Of a stretch of 64,000 nt of DNA, positions 25,835-38,271 are shown one piece after another. Within the stretch, counting starts at the first letter, position 1. Every line of letters starts with the position of its first letter. A program made the position numbers and the translations under genes. Below the pieces are notes generated by a model that did no database searches, was not told where the DNA came from, and saw nothing but the letters and a program-made list of their open reading frames with translations. Where the stretch lies: NCBI GenBank assembly GCA_000320545.1, contig ADNK01001114.1, forward strand, positions 1 through 64,000. The letters run 5' to 3'. The DNA comes from Bigelowiella natans CCMP2755. Lineage: Eukaryota > Protista > Cercozoa.

Positions 25835-26199
25835 ACTGATGATACTGATGATGTGGTGACATTAGACAACTTCGCGACGAGCGGCGTGAGATCTGGGAAA
25901 ACGAGGCCAAAGTCCTCCAAGAGCTCAACGACTGCGATTACAGCGTCAGCCTTATCAGCGCCTTTGTCGCGGAGTTCCACATAAAGAAACCGGTGAAGGA
26001 GGAGGAAGAGGAAGAGGGAGGAGCTGCAATCAGTCAAGAGGCAACAGCGGCAGTGACAACAACAACAACAACAACAGATGCTGCGCTAGAGAGGGCAGGG
26101 ACGGAATCTGGGTCGTCGTGTGTACATAGTAGTAAGAGGGCTGGTGATGATAATGCCACGCATTACGGTAGCACTACAAGTAGTTGTAGTAAAAGTACC

Positions 26200-26233
<34 letters not shown>

Positions 26234-26694
26234 GCAATAAAAGTAGCAGTAGAAGAAGAAGAAGAAGGAAAAGAAATATCTCCTCCTCCTCCTCCTCCTC
26301 CTCCTCCCTCCTCCTCGTCCAAGACGACGACGCGACGTTTTGTCCTCGTCATGGACATTCTCGACAACGGCCTTTCCGACGAGCTGCACTTCGCCATAGC
26401 CTACAGCAGGAGGCTTCTCAGAGGCTACGCGCAGCAGCTGCTTGGAATGCTTGGCCAGCTCCACGCGCGCAATGTAGTCCACGGAGACCTTAGCTTCGGA
26501 AATCTCCTCCTCTCCAAGGACACGGGCCGCCTTGTACTTGCTGATTTCGGATTTGCGAAGTCCTCCTCCTCCCCCTCGTCGTCGTCGTCGTCATCGAGCG
26601 GGCTGATGCCCCCCCACCCAGGTTTTAGTCGCGGTGAGTCATCATCCTTCTACACTGCGCCAGAGCTGCTGGCGAAAAGGCGAGTAGTACCGCC

Positions 26695-26735
<41 letters not shown>

Positions 26736-27010
26736 CAACGCTGCCCGCTGATAAGGAGAAGGATGATGTGCTCATACCGGATGCTGCTTCTGCTGGTGGT
26801 AGCGGTGGTGCTATTATCGATAATAATGATGAGAATGAGGAGGAGAAAGAAAAGTCGAAGAAGACGATGATTAGGTAATTGTAGCAGTATCATCAATAGG
26901 AGTAACGGCAAGTATTATTATTATTATTATTATTAGAAGTAGTAGTAGTTGTTGTTGTTGTAGTGGCGAGACCCTTTTGGACAGAAGCTACTGACAACGG
27001 AGTAACGATC

Positions 27011-27043
<33 letters not shown>

Positions 27044-28835
27044 CTGACTTCACTGTGCGTATCGTCACTGATAGCCTGCCTGTAAGGTCCATGAGGAGGC
27101 GCCCTTCCCCCTTCCTCCTCCTCCTCCTCCTCCTCTGAACGCCATCCCTAATCCTCCTCAGCTATTCCTCGAAAGTGGACATCTACAGCGCGGGGGTGAT
27201 GCTGCTCACGATGTTCCTGGGGCCAGGGATCATAAGCGCCTACAAGAGGGCGCAGAGGACAGGCAAGGTGAAGGACTTCTGGAGCAAAATGGTGGGAGAA
27301 GAAAAGGAAGGAGGAGCGGCCAGCAAGAGTGCCCTGCCCGGCGATTGCCACCCCCGTTATCACCACCATCTCAGTCAAGAAGAGAGCGTGCTGCTAGATG
27401 GAATGCTACAGCGTGACCCCGAGGCTCGGTGGGGTATGGCCAGAGTAAGGGCAGCAGCCAAACGTTGTTTCTTAGAGCAGGAGCAGGAGGAGGAGGAGGA
27501 GGGGAAGATGAGAGAAATGGAAGGGGGGGTACTAGGAAGAAGAACCAACACCCTCGTTAGCAGCAAGAGCAACAGCAAGAACTCTGCTTCTCAGCAGACA
27601 AATCTGGTGATGATTCTAATCTGTGAGAGCATTCGTATGGTTGCTGTCGACACACACACACACGCATGCAAAGCGCACGCTTGTAACAAGTAAGAAGAGA
27701 GGATACGAATATCCGCGCGCCAACCGAAGCTAATAAACCTTGATTCTTTTTTGTCGCACCATCCAGCTGGGGCGCGTGGAGGATGTGCGCCGGAGCTGCC
27801 GAAAGCTACGGAGGAATGGCGTTGATCACGACATCGAGTCATCACAACGGAAACTGCATCTTGTGCTAGAACCGTACGACAAGAGTCGTACTAGCGAAGC
27901 GGTAATATTCGAGGAGTTGCTCAGACATCACTGGCAACACCGATATGATATTTACGCTGTCCCCGATTCAGCAAAGACGGAACTGTCGGTGCATTCGGCC
28001 CTCTCATTACGACAGCTCCTTGCAAGATTTCCGTCTTTGCCGTTTTGGATATGATGATGCTTCCAGACACCATTTTCGCTCCTCAGTCGCAGCGGCTGGC
28101 AAAAACCTCTTTCATGATGCTTTCCATTTACTACATGTACTACTACATGGATGACGATGTGATCGAATATATACGTGCATTTTGGACCGCATTTCTCTTT
28201 CAACTATCCAATGTGTGCCGTTCATGAGTTAATTTTCGACGTCACCACTGCCACCCCCTCCCCCTAGGAGCTCCCGAAGACGGAGGCTACTGTGTACAGG
28301 AGAGAGGCCCGACCTGGGAAATGCTACACCGTCCTGGAGTGCTTCGGTGTTGACCCAAAAGACGCGCTGAAGTTGCTTCTCAACTACTTCATGAGCTTGC
28401 CTGACGTATATTTAGACACGACGGACATCGACTCCTTCTCGGTACTGACCACTGCTCCTGTTTTCGTCCCCCACCCCCCCCCCCCCCCCTTTCTTTCTCT
28501 GGGTGTGCGTGCGTCGTTCAGATGAAAAATGATTCAATTCCTCAAGTTGGCCACGTGTGTATCTTCAGGTTCTGATATCCTTAAAGCTACGCGAGAAAGC
28601 CGACCTCAAAGACGGCGGAGCCAAGGATAAAAAGGAAGAGGGGGAGGAAGAGCATCAACCGCCTCAACCACCTCTTCACATCATCCAAAGCGTAGTCAAG
28701 GTCTTCCAATCGCCAGACGATCCGGAGAGCTCGCTGATAGAACTCAGGAATCATGGCACCGAGGCCATGGTATTTCTCGAATTTTTCGAATCCTTGAGGA
28801 AGGTGCTGCCCTATCGTGTGCATTGCTATTATTAG
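19463..28835 (+). CDS. Tandem triple protein-kinase-fold protein: pseudokinase 1, pseudokinase 2, intact-looking kinase 3, and a KA1-like C-terminus; multi-exon
   Basis: D1: VALK, HRN (20501), SGF (20558), YMAPE, DIYSAG. D2: VALK, HRN (22631), SAF (22688), MAPE, DIYSAG. D3: GSGAYG (25366), RALK, ENE, HGD (26480), DFG (26543), YTAPE, DIYSAG. The D1-D2 and D2-D3 exon junctions are phase-compatible. Confidence 0.85.
24139..24215. repeat. Interrupted (CA)n microsatellite in a kinase intron
   Basis: Direct reading of the sequence. Confidence 0.95.
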
Positions 28836-28899
28836 CTTTTATACTTTTTGTAAGCAGCGTGTTTTCCCTAGCGGACGATATTAACAGCAGGTAGATTAT

Positions 28900-29770
28900 T
28901 TCGTGTATGCAAGTGCTCAGAAATCAACCCGCCATGACAACGCTTGTTAAAATTTGAATACGCGTTGCGTGAGGTGTAGAAGAGATGCATGTCATCACTG
29001 AAGTTTGTAGGTGTTTTCCATGTGATGCCGCGATCTCATTTAGATGCTTTCATCATTACCCTTGAGAATATGAGAATTCGTGGCGCTACGCTGCCTGCTA
29101 GCCCGCCTTACAAATACTCCTGATCTCATAGAATGTTGCGTGCTGCATGTGTACATGCAATCTGCTGCAGCCCTCCGTGTGCGCGATCTTGTAAAAATAG
29201 ATTTTGCAAGAATGCATGGTGTTGAGTTGCTTTGTGCGTACAAACAACTTGTCTAGTTGTGCCTTGATGCACGATACACAACAGCATGCACGATCGATGT
29301 CAGCAATTGCGGCGCGCAATGAAGTGCGAACCATGCAGGCCTTGGTGTAGCTCGAGAGAGACTATAGAGACTCGTACGCAGACAATCGATATCCTTCCAC
29401 ACATACATGCATGCGCATTACACACATACATTTTGCGTATTACGTTGCTTGACAGCGCTCATTCGTATTGACTGTTATATCTACATTCTATATGTAGCGA
29501 AGACGCAGGGAGACGCACTACTTTCCCGCTTATCTCTGCATGCATGTAGCTCAGATGTGATATCGATTTCGTACGCTGTCTTTCAAGCGCGTCGTCAGTT
29601 TGCAAGCTACGATATTAATGTTGGTAGTATATAATAAGATGATGTGTTATACAGACTTAACTTGCAAGTATGATCGTGTCTGAAGCACTGCAAAGCTAAC
29701 GAAATAATGAGCACAGGTTCCAAGCCTGCATGTTGATGCTCCTCCTCGTCGCTCTCCACCATGCGCTTCC
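28900..29770. other. Convergent spacer rich in TGCA/CATG
   Basis: Hand count is about 17 TGCA and about 14 CATG in about 900 bp, versus about 3.5 each expected at uniform composition. Confidence 0.65.
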
Positions 29771-29779
29771 AGCCCATTT

Positions 29780-32037
29780 CTAGCCTAATTTCCCCATCCG
29801 TGCTTTGGCAACGACACCGTTGTACGCCTCGTTGACAATGCCCATCACAGTGAACGTTCCCCCAATCAGGGCGAGCAGATTTGTTATGAATTCATAAAAA
29901 GGCCTTCGCTTCCACTCCTTCACAACTTGCATCGGGGAGAGGTCGTAGTGGAACCTTACGTGCGCGAGCTGCTCGGAGACGTACGAATGGCTAGAAATGG
30001 TGTGCTCGTACATCTGCTTCTCGCTGCTGAGACCAAGCGGCCTCGTCAGGGTCTGCACGACCTTGAGGTAGTGCTCGTGGACGACGTGATCTTTCGGAGA
30101 GTTGAAGTTTCGACCGTACCACTTGCTCACGAGGGCTCGATGGGAGTCGTCCTCCATCACCGCGAGCATCTGTTCCCACGACTCCGGCACGGAGTTGAAG
30201 GAGAAATGGTGCACGACGTGCGTGAAGTTGATGTGCTCGCGGTTGAAGTTATGCTCTCCAGACTTGACCGAGAACTGGACGCTAAGTGGTGGATGGTGGT
30301 GGTGGGGAAGGAGACACGCGAGAACGTCAGGCATTTGAAATTCTATCGTGAAGCTTGGTGGTGACAGGGTAGTCGTCGGAACAGCTTTGGCGCACAAGAG
30401 CAGCACATGCGTAATGGCAGTAGTTGTGGCATTTATTAAGCGAATGAGGAAATGTTGGTACTGTACTGATTACTGATGCATTGCACTATGATTTTTGCTC
30501 AGAGAAACCATATACTGGTGCTTTCATCACAAGTACTCTGGCACTCTCCTCCTATATTTCTCCAAATGCGTGCGCGCGTATGTGTGTGAGTGTGTGTGTG
30601 CTCGTGTGGATGGTAAAGATGTTGTCCAAAACGGAACGTACTACTCTACCTTCCAGGAACACGGTGCACCAAGAGATGTCCAGATACCGAGCAGCCAACG
30701 TCACTTCGTGTCTTTCCCTTGTTCGCCACCTTTGCCTCCTCCGCCTTCTTCTTCGAAACAGCCGCGTTCTCAGCAAAGTGGACCAGGTCGTTCACGGTCC
30801 TGGGGCCGCGGTAATTGGGGGGCACGAGATGGCCGTTATGGAATAGCTGGATGGTGGGCAGCGCGTGCACTTGGTGCTCTTGGCACAGAGACGTGTCCTG
30901 GTTGATTATGATTGATGATGGGGATGATGATGATGATGATGATGATGGTGATGAGGTTATGTTCCAGTGATAATGATGACGACAGGGATGATAACGTGGC
31001 AACAACTCACACTATACCACATGCACAGCTCGAAAGCACTCACGATGGGGCGCCGAGCGGAATAATAAGCAATGATTAAATCGGCTACAATCGGCTACAC
31101 TCTCAGCAACGGACGGGGGACGTCTATATATCCCTGATTAGTACCTTTGTGCATTCAACCTTTGGGAGGGTGATTGCTGCACCGCGGTTTTTCAGCACCT
31201 CCCCAGCCGATTTCCAGATGGGGTCGAGCTTTTGACACCAATGGCACCTAAAATTTCGGGGGGAAGAAATTCATAAGACGAAGATGAGCACTGCCCTCTA
31301 CCGATGCGATCATTACATGATATGAAGCAATACAATGATTGTGGTGCACATGGATATCTGTTTACCGACGTGATCTGTCATCCCACGTCGAATTAAAACA
31401 CAGGACATGCGATAACGTTTGTTTAAAAGTTACACAAAATGGCCTTTTCCGTGTATTTTATTCTATACTGCATCATCATCATCATCATCATCATCACGAT
31501 CACAAGGTGTACTACTTACCAGCTGGCTCCGAAGTATACGAACACCCACTCGTGAGAGTCGACGTACTTGGTAAACGTGTCTGCAGCAAGCACAGTCGGT
31601 TCATACGTGTCCTTAGTCGTCGCTTCGTTGGCTACGAGATTCTCCGCCTCGCTGACATGGTCTTTTGGAGCTGCGTGGTGGTGGGAGTGATCTAGATCTG
31701 GCATCTGCTCGCCATTCTCATCAAGAGGAACCTTCTCTACATTCTTCTGAATGTCCATCACGTTGGTCCCAAGCATATCCTCAACGTCCACGCTGATATG
31801 GTCGCAGTGGCACGACGGAACGGTGACGTTGAAGTTGACCCAGATCGAAGTAGCGGAGTCCTGGTCCACCACAATCGTGGTGCTCTCGTGGCCCGCTATG
31901 AACGACCAGAGCTCTAACGTGAACAAAAGTGTCATGAACAACGCGGCAAGCATCGAGATGGTTCCGCCCCCCGACGTCTGCACACGGAAGTCCGCGGGAA
32001 TCCGCTTGTAAAAGTCGAACTGTTTGAGACTCTGCAT
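29780..32037 (-). CDS. PDI-C type protein (ERGIC_N + thioredoxin domain + COPII-coated ERV domain; PDIL5-3/5-4-like), multi-exon
   Basis: MQSLKQFDFYKRIPADF..QTSGGGTIS; VNFNVTVPSCHCDHISVDVEDMLG; exon 31145-31247 gives FGASW|CHWCQKLDP; LPTIQLF..NYRGPRTVNDL; GCSVSGHLLVHRVPG; NFTHVVHHFSF; VRFHYDLSPMQV..FITNLLALIGGTFTVMGI. Confidence 0.92.
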
Positions 32038-33095
32038 GGCTACGTCTGCGTGTCTGCGTCAGCGGTCTCAGGGGAATTCAATTGCCGTTCCTCGTTGAAC
32101 TTGGAGGGTCCAGAATTTGAAACGATGGATCGGCTCGGAGAGTGGCAATTCGTCTGCTCGCGTAGCCCTTCTTCGAGCGTTGGGTGGGGAAGGTAGTAGA
32201 TGAAGGTGGGGGGGTCGTACAGTGGCAGCGCCAGAATCCGCAGACAGGCTAGCTCGCGCACAGAGCAGCAATCCGACAACCGAATGCCCCGAATAAACCT
32301 AAAAAAAAAGGTCTTTCTGCTCGCAGGCCAAAGCTCGCGCTCAGCCAGCTCCGATCCGGACATGTCGCAAGTTGCGCAGACAAAATCTGTTGCTCCAAGA
32401 CCATGAGGAAAACACTGGGGGATTTCATCCAAAAATGCGAAAAACCGGCATTTCCGTGAAATGTCCGGCGCTCGTCAGCTGCTGATGTCAGTCCGATAAA
32501 TTTACTCTGGGACTCTGAATTTGTCGCGTCCCACAGTATTAGTGAGTGAAGTTCGGAATTGCTACATTTGCTTTTTAGGGCAGCATCAATCCAAGGATGT
32601 TTAGGATGTTATTTCACTGTGCGTCATAATAACCTTGATGACGCACGACTAAAAGTACCAAAACGCATTAAGATTCATGTTGGCACCGTGCGAAAGTCAA
32701 AGAACCCTTAATATTTTTTCTTACGACATCAAAATATCGGTATTTTATAAGTAAAACTTCCTCGTATCTCTGAATCTACTCGAAACGCTGTTATTCGCCG
32801 AAGTGGCACCACACAGACGACGTGCTTCGGCCAGCGGAGGGCGCGTGTTGTTGCCCTTGACCAGAGAGTATCGATGAGGCGGGTATGCAGCTTTATAGTG
32901 CATCCTTTCGCTTTCAAGCGTCTCCGAACATGTGTGCCGACAAGGATGCTAACGGGAATGATAGCACAAAGCCACGACATGTGTCAAGGTTGCCATCCTT
33001 CGGATGATTTCGTATTGGATTAATCATTGATACAAACAGGAGGCGGGATATTGGGAACTAGAAAGCGAAGGGTATGGGCTAGACCCTTAGCAACT

Positions 33096-33793
33096 ATGGC
33101 CACTATCACGAAACCGGCTTCGTCGGAGTCATCCAAACAAAATCCACCGGTAGTCATCGTCACTCCAGCGGTTGTATGGAAGCTCATATTGTGATGTTTG
33201 TAATACAGACCGTCGTATTCTCTTCTAAAAGGCTGCGTTCCTGCCGGATGATTCGAAAGATGATCAAGGAGATATTCGGGTTTGTTAAATCATCGCGATG
33301 ATCTACAGTCCGAGACCATGACTATTTTGCTTGTCACAGCCACCCGAACGTTCCAGCAGAGGGGGAGGTGGTTAGATCTCTTCCTCCCCATAAAGATATG
33401 ATCGTTGCTCTGGTTCCTGAAGATAAAGGACTGGATGTTTCCAAGCTTCGCCTCTCGTACACTTTTCAAAGTTTGAAAAATGGATGTAAATCTAAGACGT
33501 TAATTCGATCAGTTACCCTACACAACCTATCACGGAGGATGAGGCCGGAGACATGATGATGTACACGGCAGCTCGTGTTCGTATCGACCATAGCTTACTT
33601 TTATACTATCCTCATGCTTACGATCATGTAAGTCAAATTTGCGAAGAATATGTGTTGGGTGTATGCAGCTAATTGTCTCTTTCCTTATGTGTGTCATTCA
33701 AAGCTGATGGTGGACGAATCACTGCGATATTGGGACGACGGGCACGTTCTTTTCGGGGATTTTGCAGAGTCTGATTCCACGAAGGAGAATTAA
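33096..33793 (+). CDS. Hypothetical protein, ~170 aa, 5 exons
   Basis: Phase-consistent GT-AG chain: MATITKPASSESSKQNPPVVIVTPA|TVVFSSKRLRSCRMIRKMIKEIFG|HPNVPAEGEVVRSLPPHKDMIVALVPEDKGLDVSKLRLS|YPTQPITEDEAGDMMMY...AYDH|LMVDESLRYWDDGHVLFGDFAESDSTKEN*. No homology recognised. Confidence 0.5.
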
Positions 33794-34932
33794 ATATATT
33801 TTTGAGTTTTCAAAGAATTATTCATCATAGAATGAAAACGGAAATCACGGTTTTATTGGCACTCGACTCCATCCATAAGATTTAGCTTCAGTTATCTAAG
33901 AACAAATCTAGTCGTTAAAAGAATGAGCTCGGAGTCCCAGATTTTATTATTGGAAATGAAAATCCCGATTAATCTGGCTCGAACTAATCAGCCGGGATGG
34001 CACATAGAATTTTAAATTCAGTCGATGCGCCGAGATTATAAGATGGACGGATCGTCGGGGCACGATGGTATTTATATGTACAAATATGCAATGTGGTATG
34101 CCTTGATTGAGATGAAGAAAAGTGCAGTTTGTTGTATTTATGTAAAAAATCAACATCATACATGCGGTAGTCGTGTGGTTAATAGTAGGATAATACCCGT
34201 ATCTTAATATACCTGCGTGCTGTGCGTGGCGAAGCCGATTATAGCTTTGGCGAATATACTTCTTCGCTAACATAAGGCAAGGGCCCTGCTAGTAATGTCA
34301 TCGCAGCTATATAAATAGTATGTAATTCGCAATGCAGGCAATGTATCTAGATGGGCGGTACATGTTTTGTGTTATTGTTGGCCATAGGCTCGATCTGTAG
34401 ATGATAATGCGTGTGGCCATGCTAAGAAGTACTAGATATGCGCTGTGAGCGCGACGCACGCCCTTATAAGCGCCGTAGCCACGTATTTGAAACAAGTAGG
34501 CTCTTCGGATATCAGCCAGTGCACATGTCTGGGCAACGTCCGATGGACATCCAGCTAGAAGAACATATGGGATGAAGTCCCTCTATAGATAGCTAAGACA
34601 CCACTCTGCTTGTACTCTGTGGCATTTTATTCCCGATTGTTATTAAATTGTCGTGCTTCATTATCAGCAACGCATCGCATCGCATATACTTCTTGCTTAC
34701 ATGTAACATATATATATATATATATATATAATAATAATAATATATATATTATCCGTCTACTCGTTGCGAAAGATTAATTCTATTCGGAAAAATAAAATAT
34801 TTCAAAGATAAATTCGGTCATGATATAGCTGTCAGTCTATTACGATGCACAAAACCCAGAAGATAGTGTGCACGAATCAGTCATTGGATGTAGCTGTTGC
34901 ATCGGCACAATTAATTTGCACAACGCCCATCC

Positions 34933-37317
34933 TCACCATAACCAAGCTTGTGATCTAACTAAGGCACTGTTCCTCGCACGTTTTTCTATCTCCGTCATTC
35001 CAACATATTCCAGATTCTCCAAATCACAAGCCTGGATGATGTTACTGTGAAGCATGTGGATCGAGCTTAAGTCTCTTAAAACAGCCTGGTAGAGGTGTAC
35101 CTGAACGTCGCAAATGAACGTCCATACTATGAGTACCCCCTTTCATGAAACAATGGCAAACGACACGACCATATTAACAGATATTATACGAAAACAAACC
35201 TACCTTGGCTAAGGCACGTTTTTCTTGCTCCCTAAGATACATCCAGGCTGCTTCTTGAGCCTTCACAATACCTCCTTCTCGGGCGATTTCTTCCCGGTGC
35301 GGACGCGTTGGATGCATGCTGCTTCGCATGTCCATCCAATGCAAACGCCTCCGGTGACTGATAAGAACCTTTTTGCAGCGGTCCGTCGCTGTCAAACCCT
35401 AAGTAGTTGCGCGACAAAAATCTCTGATGTAGCCTAGGAAGTAATATCTATTCTGAATGGGCCTATCACTTCGCTACCAGGTTCCTATTACTATTATTGT
35501 TATTATTATTATTATTATTATTACCTGGACATCCGTGGCTAAAACATCAGCATTACTGCCAACTAAAGTATCGACAAGCCTTAAGGCGTTCGTTGCAGCA
35601 CTCTTATTTTTGTGAGTCTGGCCAGCCGCTGTTAGAATCGGATTTAGGTCGCCGTCGTCGTTATGCGTGTCTACATCTGCGCGAGCCTCCACGAGGTACC
35701 GAATTGTTCTTAGTTTACTATTGAAGCATTGAATTTCCTCTGCGACTTTAGTTGCTACGCACAGCAAGGTTCTTCCTGCACAAAAACGGAACGTTAGGGA
35801 ATGAAGGCTCGCAGTCGTCGTCGTCGTCGTCGTCATGACTATTTCTACAACATACCTTTCAAATCCCGCACCCGATTGACATCAAGATTCCCTTGACACG
35901 CTTCTAAAATGGTTTGTACGCCAGCCCCCCTCCGCACGGCCATTACGATTGGAAGCTCATGGCCGCCACACGAGCTAAGATCCGCCTTCCCATCAACCAG
36001 AATTTTGATCATAGCCTCGTTCTCCTGCTTGATGGCATGATGAATTGGCAGCCACCCAGTCCCATCAACAATATTCAGGTCTGCACCCGCCTCGACTAGA
36101 TACGCAAGCAGCCGTACATGGCGAGATTGAGCTGTCCGATGCAGTATTGACGATTTCGGCCCCATCGAGTCTTGGGGGTTCCTGGCAACTGCATTGATAT
36201 CGATTCTCTTTAGCTCCACGAGTGCTTGTATAACAATATGGCAACCCTCTTCCTGGGCCTTCTGGTACAGTGTCTCTACATTGACAGCGTTGAGGCCGAT
36301 GAGGGCCTTCACGGGAATGAGAGGGAGCTCGCACACCAGCTCGATTCGCGGTCTTAAATTCGTAAGCTTGACTAACTGTATCAGGGCATCGTGCTTCTGC
36401 AATCGACAGGCTACGTCAAGATAGTTGCCCATACGATATGAAGTGTCGGCACCGCTATTTATGAGCAGCTTTATGTTTCCTAAACACTCGAATTTTACAG
36501 CGTTGTAAAGAGCTGAGATGCTATCGACCTTGTAATTAACGTCGGCTTTCTGCTCTATAAGATACTGAACAATGTGGCAGTGAGGTGTTCTCGCTGCAAC
36601 CATCAACGGAGACCTATTCATCTGACCAGGATTTCTATAATTTATACTCTGCCCTGTTTTCTCTACTAGAAACTTTACAGTTTCCAATGAGCCGCTCGGA
36701 ATGGCCTTCTCTAGTGTTGTCTCGCCTTCGAAGTCAAGATCCCCATTACCAGGGGGAAACGAGTCCACAAGCCGAGTATACTCACAGCCAAAAGAGCGCA
36801 TTTGTCCAATCAAATTCCTTCGCTGCCAATCGTTTGATTTAAACTCTTTCTCCATCCACTGGTAGAAGCTCCGAAGCTTCTTCACAACCATTTCGTGGCA
36901 GTTCTTTCGCCTCGCGACAGTCTCATCGAAGGAACGTTTTAAAATCTTGACGTTGCCGAGGCTGGCGGCCATATGAACGGCGAACCTGCGCAAAATTCAA
37001 TTCAGTTCCGTTGGCAGAATTGCTGGTTGTAGTCCTAGTGCAAGGGAATAAACATCGGAATAATGTTGGATCAAGATTGCCCTTGATCTCTTCATATAGA
37101 GCCGCTTAGTCTCCACAACTGAGTCTCTCGCCAATACTATATATCTCAAATGCCTACGTCTCTCCCCCTAGTGACTGATGGAAGGAAATCAAAAGGAAAC
37201 GAGTGGATAAGTAGAAATTTTTATCTATTACCTCTCGCCATTGGCTCTCCACGTCGGAGCTGTATGATCTTCGTCGTTCTCGACGTGCATAGCACTAGGA
37301 GGGCTTTCAGCCGACAT
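34933..37317 (-). CDS. Ankyrin-repeat protein, multi-exon; both ends uncertain
   Basis: The large exon (35845-36984) has repeated ANK motifs: AVHMAASLGN, GETTLEKA..GSLETVKFLV, SPLMVAA..HCHIVQYLIEQKADVN, ALYNAV..LGNIKLLINSGAD, ILHRTA..LLAYLVEAGADLN, GWLPIHHAI. Probable first exon from ATG 37317. Confidence 0.85.
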
Positions 37318-37693
37318 GACTTTAGCTTCACAAGCAATTCGGGAGGAATTGTGGAGCGAGAGACCAATCAGATTTTGGTTTTCAAATAAGTCAACGTATC
37401 AACGGCTCAGCGACCGGTTTCAACAAAATGATTTCGACTGACTACCGCTCCATCTATGCTACGAAAGCACCACCAACTGCAGCGAACTACGTTAAACAGG
37501 CCGGGTGAGAATACGCTCTCCTCTCCTCTCCTCTCCTCTCCCAGCTCTTTGATTGGGTGTCTGAGTTTTATGGGAGAGAAACTATTCATGAGAGTGGTTC
37601 TAAATACTATCATCTACAAGAGCGACATTTTATTGCGAAATCCCGAGAAATTGGCCTTTTTTTTGACCTAGCGACATCTTCATACGCACAAAA

Positions 37694-38271
37694 ATGAGTC
37701 GAATCGGGACACGAAGCCGGCCCGAAATGACACAAGGGACCGTTTTTTATTTCAAAATGTCCGACAAAACATACTGCAATTGTCCCCGACGACATGCTAC
37801 CATTCGTTCTTTTCATTCGTATTCTCCTAATGAGTTCACTCTCGGAACAGAAAGCAGCAGCCAGCCTCCAGCTGTGGATGAGGAGCTTTTAGAAGCTTGT
37901 AGAAATGGACAAACTGGCACTGCCAAGATGCTGATTGCGAACAAGCCAAATGTTCAAGCAAAGACCGACGTTGACATTGCCGCTCTCCACTTCACGGTGG
38001 TATCTTGTACGCATTGCAGGTGACTTTCGCAGAAGAGCACAAAATAAATAATGCCGGTGTTGATCGGTTCTTGAAAGCTGCTTCGAAAGCGCTCTCGAAA
38101 GATCTTGAATACTATTTCATTTTCATGGTTCCTAAGACCCCTAGAAAAGGAAAAGACATGATTGGGAATGACAAGGCGCAGGCGTATGTGACGTCGGAAG
38201 GCGGAAAACTAAAGACCCATCCCAAAGCAGAGATTGCGCAGCTTTTGTTTCCCTTCCCAATTCAGGTGTGA
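37694..38271 (+). pseudogene. Single ankyrin repeat abutting a Crinkler/RHS-like nuclease-fold C-terminal fragment; probably a truncated or chimeric remnant
   Basis: DEELLEACRNGQTGTAKMLIANKPNVQAKTDVDIAALHF is followed in another frame by ILYALQVTFAEEHKINNAGVDRFL...YYFIFMVP. Confidence 0.4.

Noticed and set aside
31078-31100. Short direct duplication aatcggctac x2 (similar case near 51437)
   Set aside because: Ordinary slippage duplication in an intron; no evidence of an element.
38000-38019. 20-nt intron as evidence of nucleomorph-type DNA
   Set aside because: Single unverified case. The composition, longer introns and gene content fit a host nuclear genome.
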